Positions 38,366-47,579 of a stretch of DNA of 64,000 bases are shown one piece after another. The position numbers were made by a program, and so were the translations under genes. Where the stretch lies: positions 1,911 to 65,910 of the forward strand of contig CAYYMM010000007.1 of assembly GCA_964472395.1 (NCBI GenBank), read 5' to 3'. The DNA is from an uncultured bacterium. Lineage in GTDB: Bacteria; CSSED10-310; CALFER01. The first letter of the stretch is position 1, and each line of letters starts with the position of its first letter. Under the pieces are notes generated by a model, which searched no databases, was not told the origin of the DNA, and worked only from the letters and a program-made list of their open reading frames with translations.

Positions 38366-40288
38366 TCAATCCATCACCCGATCCTGAACCTCTGAACATG
38401 CCCGTTCCATGAATGCGGCAACGGGCATTGCACCGAGATCCCCATGTTTGCGATGACGGACCGAAACCTGTTCAGTCTCCGATTCACGATCCCCGATGAC
38501 CAACATGTATGGAACCTTCTGCACCTGCGCTTCTCTGATCTTGTAACCCATTTTTTCGTTACGTTCATCATTGCGAACCCGCAGACCGGCGGTCTGCAGC
38601 CGTGCAGTCAATTTTCGCGCATACTCGTGATGTCGCTCCGCAATCGGTATCGTCACGATCTGAAGTGGAGCGAGCCACATCGGGAAAGCACCTCCGACAT
38701 GCTCGATCAATCCCCCCACGAATCGCTCCATTGAGCCCAATACTGCGCGATGGATCATAATCACTTCATGGTCGGAATTGTCTTCTCCAACGTAATTCAC
38801 CTTGAATCGCTTGGGAAGATTCAAATCCACTTGAATGGTGGGGCCCTGCCATTCTCTTCCCAAAGCATCCGTGAGCTTGATATCTATCTTCGGTGCATAA
38901 AACACTCCACCGCCTTCATCGATATCATACGGTTTTCCCCAACGCTCCAGGGCGGATTTCAGCGCATTGGTCGACCATTCCCATTCCGCCTCGGAGCCGA
39001 GATACTTCTCGGGACGAGTGGCCAGGAAGATCCGATACGTATAACCGAATGCGCGCATCAGCGTATCCACCAGATCGATGATCTGAAATACCTCTTCCGC
39101 CATTTGCTGCGGCGTACAGAAAACGTGCGCATCATCCTGTGTAAATCCGCGTACACGCAGCATGCCGTGCAGCGTTCCACTGCGCTCGAATCGGTAGACG
39201 GTTCCAAGTTCACAGTAGCGGATCGGCAGATCGCGATAACTTCTGAGCTGTGATTGGAAAATCTTAATATGCCCCGGGCAGTTCATCGGCTTCAACCGGT
39301 AGGGTTGCTCGTCGATCAACAACGGTGCATACATACTGTCTGCATAGTTTTGTAGGTGACCACTGATCTCATAAATCCGCTCACGCGCGATATGTGGCGT
39401 GTAAACCATCTGGTAACCCCGCCGGAAATGCTCGGCCCGCCAAAATTCCTCGATGAGATGCCGGACAGTGGCACCGTTGGGATGCCAGAAAATCAAACCG
39501 GCGCCGACATCTTCATGGATTGAGAACAGATCGAGTTCCTTACCGAGTTTTCGGTGGTCACGGAGACGGATTTTTTCGCGAAGTTCGAGATAGGCGTCGA
39601 GATCCTGCTGGGAATAGAAGGCGGTCGCGTAGATCCGCTGCAGGATATCGTTGTGTTCGTCACCCCTCCAATACGCGCTCGCCGAAGACAGCACCTTGAA
39701 TGCCCGAATAAAGCGGGTGTTCAGGACATGCGGCCCACGGCAGAGATCCATGAAGGAGCCTTGCTGATAAATCGATACCCTGGCGTCGGGAATCTCAGCC
39801 AGAAGTTCGACTTTGTATGTTTCGCCCTTCTTCGAGAACAGCTCGATCGCCTCTTCCTTCGTCATCTCCCGCTTCTCGAACGATGCGTTCTCCTTGACGA
39901 TCCGGTTCATCTCTTCTTCGATCCGCGCCAGGTCATCGGGCTCGAACGGTCGGCTGACCGCGAAATCATAGTAAAAACCGTCCTGCGTGGCCGGACCGAT
40001 CCCGAATTTCACGCCGTCGAACAGATTCATGACCGCCTGGGCCATGACGTGCGCAGCGCTGTGTCGCACCACATCCAACCCTCTCGCGTCTCCTTCACAC
40101 ACAATGTCCGCTTCGCCCAACATCGTTACTGGAGAATGCAGATCGATCAACCGATCGTTCATCTGGATGGCGAGGGGATTTTTAAACTTCATCCCGGTCG
40201 TTTTCTCGACATGCTTCACGAACTCCAGTCCGGAGATGCCTTCGGGAACAGAAAGCGACCCATGATCTTTCAGGATAATGACCAACAT
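38366..40288 (-). CDS. thrS: Threonine--tRNA ligase
   Basis: TGS N-terminus MLVIILKDHGSL; class II motifs (HRDLGKELDLF; FRAEH; GPTIQVD). Start chosen at ATG 40288 (ORF track extends to 40384). Confidence 0.9.
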   Translation of the reverse strand: MLVIILKDHGSLSVPEGISGLEFVKHVEKTTGMKFKNPLAIQMNDRLIDLHSPVTMLGEADIVCEGDARGLDVVRHSAAHVMAQAVMNLFDGVKFGIGPATQDGFYYDFAVSRPFEPDDLARIEEEMNRIVKENASFEKREMTKEEAIELFSKKGETYKVELLAEIPDARVSIYQQGSFMDLCRGPHVLNTRFIRAFKVLSSASAYWRGDEHNDILQRIYATAFYSQQDLDAYLELREKIRLRDHRKLGKELDLFSIHEDVGAGLIFWHPNGATVRHLIEEFWRAEHFRRGYQMVYTPHIARERIYEISGHLQNYADSMYAPLLIDEQPYRLKPMNCPGHIKIFQSQLRSYRDLPIRYCELGTVYRFERSGTLHGMLRVRGFTQDDAHVFCTPQQMAEEVFQIIDLVDTLMRAFGYTYRIFLATRPEKYLGSEAEWEWSTNALKSALERWGKPYDIDEGGGVFYAPKIDIKLTDALGREWQGPTIQVDLNLPKRFKVNYVGEDNSDHEVIMIHRAVLGSMERFVGGLIEHVGGAFPMWLAPLQIVTIPIAERHHEYARKLTARLQTAGLRVRNDERNEKMGYKIREAQVQKVPYMLVIGDRESETEQVSVRHRKHGDLGAMPVAAFMERACSEVQDRVMD

Positions 40289-40421
40289 GATCTCAAATCG
40301 GCGAAGCCGGCTCCTTTTCTCACCTTCAACAAACGGGGCATTGCCTGATCCAATCTCGGCTCTGCCCCGGCGACGTCGTTTCAATTTTCGGCCGAAAGCC
40401 CAGGTTGGGCTTCAAAATCAA

Positions 40422-40493
40422 TAGGCGCGAGGGGAATTGAACCCCTGGCCCCTTCCGCGTCAAGGAAGTGCTCTCCCCCTGAGCTACGCGCCT
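40422..40493 (-). tRNA. tRNA-Val (anticodon GAC)
   Basis: The reverse complement folds as a cloverleaf: acceptor AGGCGCG/CGCGCCT, D-arm GCTC-AGGGGGA-GAGC, anticodon arm CTTCC-TTGACGC-GGAAG, T-arm AGGGG-TTCAATT-CCCCT. CCA is not encoded. Confidence 0.75.
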
Positions 40494-40691
40494 GAAGCCT
40501 CCCGACCCTTTCGAATCGAGATCCACCTCTTTTACCCGGCACGCACATGATTGTCAAGTATTTTCGATGAAGCAGCGCGTTCAGGTCCGGTTCAGTCTGT
40601 AACGGTTGTCTTTGTAGATCCTCTAATTATATGATTTATGGATGGATCCGCCGAGTCCGCGGATCGAGATTCCCACGAAAGGAGCATAGAA

Positions 40692-41162
40692 ATGATTCAT
40701 CGATATCTGATCGGGCTTGCAGTCGCCGCCGTTCTGGCAGGCTGCGCGACGACTCCCCCGGTTCCTCTTCCCGATCGCGTGTCACGCATCGATCCGTCTG
40801 CATCTTGCGAGTGCGAGCCGCAAGCCGGCACCTGGGATGTCCGCGCACAGTTGACGGAAGATGGCGAAAGGGCGTATCTGGCGGTGTATCTGGACAGTCC
40901 GTTCGACACCATCCGGGAGCCCCAGATCAAAACCACCGGTATCGCGATCTACAAAGGTAAATCCGGCAAGACCTATTTCTATGATCTCGGACAAATCACC
41001 CGATCACGAACCGTTGGGACCCTGTTCATCGAGGATCCTTCCAAGTCCCGAGTGGGATCCGAAGTCATGTATCAAGCGTTCAAGATGGAGCGCCGCGAAG
41101 GCTCCGATTGTCTCAGATTGGACGACCGGGGTATGCATCGAGGAGCACTTGGAATACCCTGA
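40692..41162 (+). CDS. Hypothetical lipoprotein
   Basis: SD AAAGGAG; lipobox LAGCATT after a hydrophobic h-region. Confidence 0.5.
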   Translation: MIHRYLIGLAVAAVLAGCATTPPVPLPDRVSRIDPSASCECEPQAGTWDVRAQLTEDGERAYLAVYLDSPFDTIREPQIKTTGIAIYKGKSGKTYFYDLGQITRSRTVGTLFIEDPSKSRVGSEVMYQAFKMERREGSDCLRLDDRGMHRGALGIP

Positions 41163-41280
41163 TTCAGATCTACCAATGAACCTGAAGGCATGGACCGAAT
41201 CTTGCATCATTGTGTTTCCCGGAATCCGCGTGTACCGCGATCCGATGCATGCAGCACTTTCTTCCTCATAAGGAGTTGAT

Positions 41281-44200
41281 ATGAACCGTTCCGTTCGACA
41301 GTCGCCAGCAGGATTTCTTCGAGGCATTTTGCTCGCCATGAGCCTGCTCTCGGTTTTCCTGCCCAACCTTCATGCATTTACCGAAGCCGAACCCAGTGTG
41401 CTGGAGCGTGATCTTCTGATTCCTCCAGATGCCTCCATCCTCGTTTCCCCTTCTCTTTCTCCCTTCTTCCTCTCCGGCAACAATCCGCCTTCAAATCCGC
41501 GCATTCTGAATTTCATGACTCGCTACGGTGCGCAATGGGATGTGCAGTGGGATCTGCGATCCGATCGGCCGGATCTGATCTCGGGACAAGGCATCCCGCT
41601 GATCCCAGGCCCCGGCAACTCGCTAACGCTCAGCGATGTGACTGTCATGGGGAAACCGATCCAGACACTCGATCGCACCGCCATGTCGGAACTCGCGATC
41701 CAGTTCATCGAAGATCAGTTCGACGTGCTTCGGGTCGAACCCGCCGATCTCAAACTCGATGAACTCGCGACAGAAACCTTCGGGAACAACCGGCTATGGT
41801 TCGTGGTCTTCAACCAGGTGCATCGCGGGATCCCGGTCAAGCACGCGCAGGTGTTCGTGCGGGTGAACTCGGGAAACGTCACGCAATTCGGCGCTCATCG
41901 GTATTTTCCGGTTGATCCGTCTTTGAATACGGTTCCGACGATCCGCGCCGAAAAAGCGCTCGAAATAGCCACGGCCCACGCCGACCGTCTCGCATTCGGC
42001 GACCTCGACATCGTCGATCCTCCTGAACTACTCTGGATTCAGACTTTCACTGAGACCGACGACCTGATTCCCGGTGAGCCATTCACCGGAACGCCCGGAC
42101 AGGGCTATTCACATCGGCTCGTTTGGGAAACGCGCTTTCGGCTCGATCCCAATCCTGAAACATGGTTTGCCGTCATCGATGCGCAATCGGGAGAGATCCT
42201 GTCGTTTCGCAATGACAATCGCACCGCTGCCGTTTCCGGAGGTGTCTATCCGGTCACCAACATCGATACGGAAGTGAACCTGCCGTTTTCGTTTGCGAGC
42301 ACCTCACAGGGAACCGCGACGAGCGGCGGTCGATATACGTACACGGGTGGTACGGCTTCCTGCACCATGAATGGTCAATATGTCCGGATCAGCGACAACT
42401 GCGGATCGATCAACCTGTCAACCTCGGCGGATCCCGGAGATTTGAACTTCGGCGGCAGCGCCGGGCAGGATTGTACAACACCTGGGTTCGGCGGTTCGGG
42501 TAATACACACGCCTCCCGATCCTGTTACTTCCATGTCAACGACATCAAGATGAAGGCACGAGGGTATCTGCCGTCCAACTCGTGGCTGCAGCAGAATATG
42601 ACAGCCAATGTCAATATCAACGATACCTGCAACGCCTACTGGAACGGCAGCACGATCAATTTCTATCGATCCGGTGGGGGCTGTTCGAACACCGGTGAAA
42701 TTTCTTCGGTATTTCTGCATGAGTGGGGTCATGGGCTGGATGACAACACCGCTACCGGATCGCCGGACATGGCATCCGCGGAAGCACTCGCCGACAGCAT
42801 GAGCTTCCTGCATACTCAGGTGTCGTGCATCGGCCACAACTTTCAGCCCGGATCGCCCTGCAGTTTCGGGTGCGATTCGACCTGTACCGGTGTTCGTGAC
42901 GCCGGTGTGAGACCGTTTGTTCGGCCGTCCAACATCACGTCGGCACCGGCGAATTGCGACCGCTGGAGCTGCCCGTATTACGGGTACGACGGGATCATGG
43001 GATACGAGGGACACTGCGAAGCCCTCATCGCCGCAGGCGCCATCTGGGATGCCGCCAATAAACTCGCCACTCAGATGGGAGGAAAGGCCGGATGGGAACA
43101 CGCCAATCGTCTGTTCTTCGAAACGATGGGAAGCGCAGGAGCAGCCTACCAGATCCAGTCCGGCGGGACGTGTAATCCGAGCGCCACGATCAATGGTTGC
43201 GGGAGTACGAACTATTATCAGACCTGGATCTTTGCGGACGACGACAATGGAAATCTCGCAGACGGAACGCCTCATGGATGCGAACTGTGGAACGCCTTCA
43301 ACGACCATGGCATTGCATGCGGCACACAACCGGCCTGTTACACGACCTGCCCGACGATCTCGACACCCACACTTGCCGTCATCCCCGGTGATGACTCGGC
43401 CACCGTTTCCTGGTCATCCGTACCGAACGCCTCTACCTACCGGGTTTTTCGAAACACTGTCGGCTGCAATTTCGGGATGACTCTGATCGGAACGAGTTCG
43501 ACCACGCAATATGTCGACAGTTCCGTCGCGAATGACTTTACTTACTACTACGCCGTCCAGGCTGTCGGTTCGAACGACGCCTGTGTTTCGGCTTTTTCGA
43601 CCTGTCAGGCCGTCGAGATCACGGGATGCGCCAACCCGCCGCTGGTCGATGCCGGAGGCAACCAGGAGACCTGTCCGGGACAGGCGGTGACAATCGGAGG
43701 CAATCCGACGGCATCGAGCGGTACACCACCTTTCACCTATCTGTGGACACCAGGCAACTATTCAAGTTCCAATCCGTCGGTCAGTCCGAACCAGACGACA
43801 ACCTACACGGTGTTTGTGACCGACGGCATCGGCTGTGTGGGATCGGATACCGTCACCGTCACCATCGATTCGCCCCCGACGAATGCCGGATTCGACCAGT
43901 TCACGTGTGCGGGGCACTGCGTCCAGATCGGAGCCGCTCCGGTATCGGGATACACCTATCAATGGTCTCCAACGACTGGCCTTGACAATCCGACCATCGC
44001 CAATCCGATGGCGTGTGTCTCGCAGACCACGACCTATACGTTGACAGTCAATGCCTCCGGGTATCTCTGCCAGGGACGCGACACCGTCGTCGTGACAGTC
44101 GCTCAACCGTCTCTGTCCTTCGATAACGCCGATGTCATTTCGGATTCCGGTGATTCGGACGGATCGCCAGAATCCGGCGAACGGATCCAGATCAGAATCA

Positions 44201-45825
44201 CGATCCGGAACAGCTCCCCGATTACCGCATACGACGTCACAGCGAACCTGAGTTCACCGGATAATCTCATTCATGTTGTCTCCAGCCCGCAATCCCTTGG
44301 CGATCTCGGTTTCAACGCAACGGCTGCCGCAACATTCGAATTCATCGTGGACATGACGCATGAATGCCCCGATCTGACATCGCTGACTCTGAACCCCTCC
44401 GCATGCGGAGGCCCGACGAGTGCGCTGCTGATTCCTTTGCAACTCGGTCAGTCCGGGGGGATCGAAACATTCTATTCGACCGGATTCGAAGGCACATCGG
44501 ACGAGGGATGGACCCACGTCCAGGTCTCGACGCAGGACGATTGGCAACGAGGATCCTGCACCGGCACGAGTGAATATGATCCATCTAACGCATTTGAAGG
44601 AGTGAATGTCTGGGGCAATGATCTCGGATACGAAGGGTATGACGGCAACTACAAGAACAATGTGAACAACTATCTGCTGTCCCCGGTAATCAATTGCACG
44701 GGAAAGGCCGGAGTCCGGTTGCAGTTCCACCGCTGGTTGAGTGTCGAAGCCGGCATATACGATCAGGCGACGGTATATGTGAACAATCAGCAGATCTGGC
44801 AGAACGCGCAGAACAACGACCAGGTGGATACCGCGTGGGTCCCGGTCGATTACGACATCTCAGCGATTGCCGACAACAATCCATCGGTACAGATCAAGTT
44901 TGAACTGATATCGGATGGAGGAGTCACCTTTGGCGGATGGAATATCGATAACTTCAAGCTGGTTTCCGATTCTCCACCGGAATGCGATTCCTTCGAATGC
45001 TCAGGCCCCTATGCAAATGCCGGCCAGGATGTCACCTCACCCGCAGGAAGCGCGGTCGTACTCAATGGCGCAGGATCATCAATCGTCAACTGCGTAGCCG
45101 GTATTCAGTATCGCTGGCGAGGTGGCGAACTCGGAGCCGGTGCATGGTTATCCGGACCGACGGTAACGGTTTACCCGACGGAAGCCACGACCTATACATT
45201 GGAGATCCGATGCTCGGGGAGTCCGGATTATGCCGGCTGTTCCGCTTCGGACACGATGTCGGTATACATGTCCGGACAGCCGACGCCGACGGCTCCGCCT
45301 CCCACTGCGACTTTCCCGCCTTCGACGGCGACACCGACCCAAGTTCCTCCCACATTCACCCCTCCTCCTCCACCGACAGCGACTCCGACAACTGCCCCGG
45401 GAGAACCCACCAACACACCGGTTCCTCCGACACCCACACCGACCACGATGCTGCCGTCTCCGACACCCACATCATCATCCGGAGGACTCACCGTCAATCT
45501 GCTGCTTTCGCGAACCGAGTTTCACGCGGGCGATCCATTCCTGCTTGCAACGCAGGTCGACAATCCCGGCGCGGCCATTCTGGTCGACGAATACCTCCTT
45601 CTGGAAGTCTACGGAAACTTCTGGTTTTATCCGTCCTGGCAGCAGGATCTCGATCGGATGCAACGCGTGATCGAACCGGGTCAGTCGGTGACAACGATTT
45701 TCAACTTCCTCTGGCCTCAGGTCGACGGACAGGCTGAGGGGATACTCTTCCATTACATCCTGTGTCAACCGCAGACGTACCAGTTGCTGAGCAACTATGT
45801 GTTTGTGGAGTTCAGCTATCGCTGA
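41281..45825 (+). CDS. Giant secreted multidomain protein (1514 aa) with HExxH zinc-metallopeptidase motif, FN3/Ig-like beta-sandwich repeats, Pro/Thr-rich linker and conserved C-terminal domain
   Basis: Strong SD AAGGAG; signal peptide; VFLHEWGHGLDDN; FN3-like TVSWSSVPNASTYRVFRN; PT linker PTPTAPPPTATFPPSTATPTQVPP...; C-terminal LLEVYGNFWFYPSWQQD... homologous to the C-terminus of 12300..14009. Confidence 0.7.
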   Translation: MNRSVRQSPAGFLRGILLAMSLLSVFLPNLHAFTEAEPSVLERDLLIPPDASILVSPSLSPFFLSGNNPPSNPRILNFMTRYGAQWDVQWDLRSDRPDLISGQGIPLIPGPGNSLTLSDVTVMGKPIQTLDRTAMSELAIQFIEDQFDVLRVEPADLKLDELATETFGNNRLWFVVFNQVHRGIPVKHAQVFVRVNSGNVTQFGAHRYFPVDPSLNTVPTIRAEKALEIATAHADRLAFGDLDIVDPPELLWIQTFTETDDLIPGEPFTGTPGQGYSHRLVWETRFRLDPNPETWFAVIDAQSGEILSFRNDNRTAAVSGGVYPVTNIDTEVNLPFSFASTSQGTATSGGRYTYTGGTASCTMNGQYVRISDNCGSINLSTSADPGDLNFGGSAGQDCTTPGFGGSGNTHASRSCYFHVNDIKMKARGYLPSNSWLQQNMTANVNINDTCNAYWNGSTINFYRSGGGCSNTGEISSVFLHEWGHGLDDNTATGSPDMASAEALADSMSFLHTQVSCIGHNFQPGSPCSFGCDSTCTGVRDAGVRPFVRPSNITSAPANCDRWSCPYYGYDGIMGYEGHCEALIAAGAIWDAANKLATQMGGKAGWEHANRLFFETMGSAGAAYQIQSGGTCNPSATINGCGSTNYYQTWIFADDDNGNLADGTPHGCELWNAFNDHGIACGTQPACYTTCPTISTPTLAVIPGDDSATVSWSSVPNASTYRVFRNTVGCNFGMTLIGTSSTTQYVDSSVANDFTYYYAVQAVGSNDACVSAFSTCQAVEITGCANPPLVDAGGNQETCPGQAVTIGGNPTASSGTPPFTYLWTPGNYSSSNPSVSPNQTTTYTVFVTDGIGCVGSDTVTVTIDSPPTNAGFDQFTCAGHCVQIGAAPVSGYTYQWSPTTGLDNPTIANPMACVSQTTTYTLTVNASGYLCQGRDTVVVTVAQPSLSFDNADVISDSGDSDGSPESGERIQIRITIRNSSPITAYDVTANLSSPDNLIHVVSSPQSLGDLGFNATAAATFEFIVDMTHECPDLTSLTLNPSACGGPTSALLIPLQLGQSGGIETFYSTGFEGTSDEGWTHVQVSTQDDWQRGSCTGTSEYDPSNAFEGVNVWGNDLGYEGYDGNYKNNVNNYLLSPVINCTGKAGVRLQFHRWLSVEAGIYDQATVYVNNQQIWQNAQNNDQVDTAWVPVDYDISAIADNNPSVQIKFELISDGGVTFGGWNIDNFKLVSDSPPECDSFECSGPYANAGQDVTSPAGSAVVLNGAGSSIVNCVAGIQYRWRGGELGAGAWLSGPTVTVYPTEATTYTLEIRCSGSPDYAGCSASDTMSVYMSGQPTPTAPPPTATFPPSTATPTQVPPTFTPPPPPTATPTTAPGEPTNTPVPPTPTPTTMLPSPTPTSSSGGLTVNLLLSRTEFHAGDPFLLATQVDNPGAAILVDEYLLLEVYGNFWFYPSWQQDLDRMQRVIEPGQSVTTIFNFLWPQVDGQAEGILFHYILCQPQTYQLLSNYVFVEFSYR

Positions 45826-45868
45826 TTCTCGGGGTGATTCACCCTGATTCGTTTTCCTCCTTGTGTTT

Positions 45869-45899
45869 CCGGGGATGCAAGCATCCCCGGATTTTTTTT
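45869..45899 (+). terminator. Rho-independent terminator CCGGGGATGC-AA-GCATCCCCGG plus T8
   Basis: Perfect 10-bp stem and a T-run, 44 nt after the stop of the giant secreted-protein gene. Confidence 0.8.
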
Positions 45900-45946
45900 C
45901 AGGTTTGTCATTGCGGAGCGGCCGGGGGGGGAGTAGAATTCAGAGT

Positions 45947-46129
45947 ATGTGGAGACCATCATTCGGCGAAATCTTACTGATACTGGCAATCGTGATCATG
46001 ATCTTCGGAGTCAAACGGTTACCCGAAATCGGAACCAGCATCGGGCAGGCATTTAAAAACCTGAAAAAATCTCTTTCGGAAGACGATAAACCCAAGCTCC
46101 CGCCTTCCGATGAACAGCCGAAGCAGTAA
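45947..46129 (+). CDS. tatA: Twin-arginine translocase subunit TatA/E
   Basis: MWRPSFGEILLILAIVIMIFGVKRLPEIGTSIGQAFKNLKKS (TM helix + amphipathic helix with FG hinge). Confidence 0.8.
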   Translation: MWRPSFGEILLILAIVIMIFGVKRLPEIGTSIGQAFKNLKKSLSEDDKPKLPPSDEQPKQ

Positions 46130-46179
46130 TCGCCCATCTTCGCCTGTCCGGCACGACATGATGTGCGAAGTCTGTCAAC

Positions 46180-46893
46180 TCATTTGAGGGTTTGTTTGAT
46201 CTGCTGGAGTTCTTTGTGCAGCTGAATCATTCCCAGAATGGTGCGATAGACGGCCGAGGGTTTGACAGTAGTCTGACCGGCATGACGCGGCAGGTGCGTG
46301 ACACCGATTTCTTTGACTCTGAATCCATACACGACCGCCTTGGCCATGATTTCCGTATCCACCATGAAGTGCTCCGACTTGATCTTGATCCTGTCGAACA
46401 CTTCCCTGCGGAAAAATTTGAACGCACAATCCACATCCCGAACCGTGAATTTAAACACCGCGTGAGACATCAGATTGAAACAACGGGAGACGAATTTACG
46501 GATCCATGGATCCTGGCGATCTTTCCGATATCCCACCACCAGATCGAAATCCCGAGTGTACGGCAACAATAGATCGATCTCATCCAGCTTGAACTGGCAG
46601 TCGGAATCCGAGTAAAAGATCAGGGATTTTTTTGCGTTCGTGAAACCGGTCCGCAGAGCTGCCGTATAGCCGCGGTTGGGTGTATGCGTATAGACGACAA
46701 GATTGGCGTATTGCGTCTGAAGTCGCCTCAACACGTTCGCTGTGTCATCCAGCGAGCCATCATCCACGACGATGATCTCGTAATCGGACGAAACCTTGCG
46801 AACCGCCGCATCGGCCTCGGCAAGCAATCGATCCAGGTTGTCCTGTTCGTTGTATGCCGGAAAAACCATTGAGATCGAGTAATCAGAGTTCAT
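46180..46893 (-). CDS. GT2-family glycosyltransferase, polyprenol-phosphate sugar synthase (DPM1/GtrB-like, soluble)
   Basis: ISMVFPAYNEQDNLDRLL...YEIIVVDDGSLDDT (DxD region) and a typical GT-A core. Start chosen at MNSDYS (ORF track extends to 47004). Confidence 0.75.
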   Translation of the reverse strand: MNSDYSISMVFPAYNEQDNLDRLLAEADAAVRKVSSDYEIIVVDDGSLDDTANVLRRLQTQYANLVVYTHTPNRGYTAALRTGFTNAKKSLIFYSDSDCQFKLDEIDLLLPYTRDFDLVVGYRKDRQDPWIRKFVSRCFNLMSHAVFKFTVRDVDCAFKFFRREVFDRIKIKSEHFMVDTEIMAKAVVYGFRVKEIGVTHLPRHAGQTTVKPSAVYRTILGMIQLHKELQQIKQTLK

Positions 46894-46970
46894 AAACACC
46901 TCGTTGTGAATGTCTCTGGCTCCTTCATTATACATCTTTCGGCGTGGCGAACCATAGAAATCTCCCGGAT

Positions 46971-47579
46971 TCAGTCCTTTTTCCGGCAAACCACCATTGT
47001 CCATGGAAACGGTCTGAGCACCACCGCGATACGGAAGTATTCGTCGAGCAACCGGAGAATTCCGCGGCGGGACCAGTGCTGGACATGTCCGGGTGTGTTA
47101 CCAAGATCCCGGATATAGCGCCCCGAGATCACATTACCGATCCTCCAGACCGGTTCCCATGGTACGCTGATGATAAAATCCCGGCGACCAACACGCGCGA
47201 GCTCCTCCAAACCGGCTCGGATATCCGTGAGATGTTCGAGCACTTCGAGTGCCAGAACCAGGTCGTAACTCCTGTCGCGAAACGGGACAGCCCCGCACGA
47301 TGCCTGAGTAAAACACGATGCCTGCGCCCGATTCATGGCCCGTTTCAGTTCCTCAAATCCCAGATCCAACCCGCATGCGACAGGCATCGGCTTCCATCTC
47401 CGCCTCACACGCTCCAGCATGACTCCGTCTCCACATCCGATCTCAAGGACGGAACGCGGAGGCGCGATGACATGCGTCGCCTGGTCGAACGCGTTGAGAA
47501 ATCCGGTCATGAGCCATTTCGTCACCGGGTTATTCGAATCGTATTTATTGTATTGATTGCCCAAAGGAACCCGGTTCAT
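46971..47579 (-). CDS. Class I SAM-dependent methyltransferase
   Basis: VLEIGCGDGVMLERV (motif I); YDLVLALEVLEHL. Confidence 0.7.
   Translation of the reverse strand: MNRVPLGNQYNKYDSNNPVTKWLMTGFLNAFDQATHVIAPPRSVLEIGCGDGVMLERVRRRWKPMPVACGLDLGFEELKRAMNRAQASCFTQASCGAVPFRDRSYDLVLALEVLEHLTDIRAGLEELARVGRRDFIISVPWEPVWRIGNVISGRYIRDLGNTPGHVQHWSRRGILRLLDEYFRIAVVLRPFPWTMVVCRKKD

Noticed and set aside
40431-40505. Longer tRNA boundaries or an alternative anticodon
   Set aside because: Folding the reverse complement gives a clean 72-nt cloverleaf with the 7-nt anticodon loop TTGACGC (GAC, Val). The other registrations break the acceptor stem.
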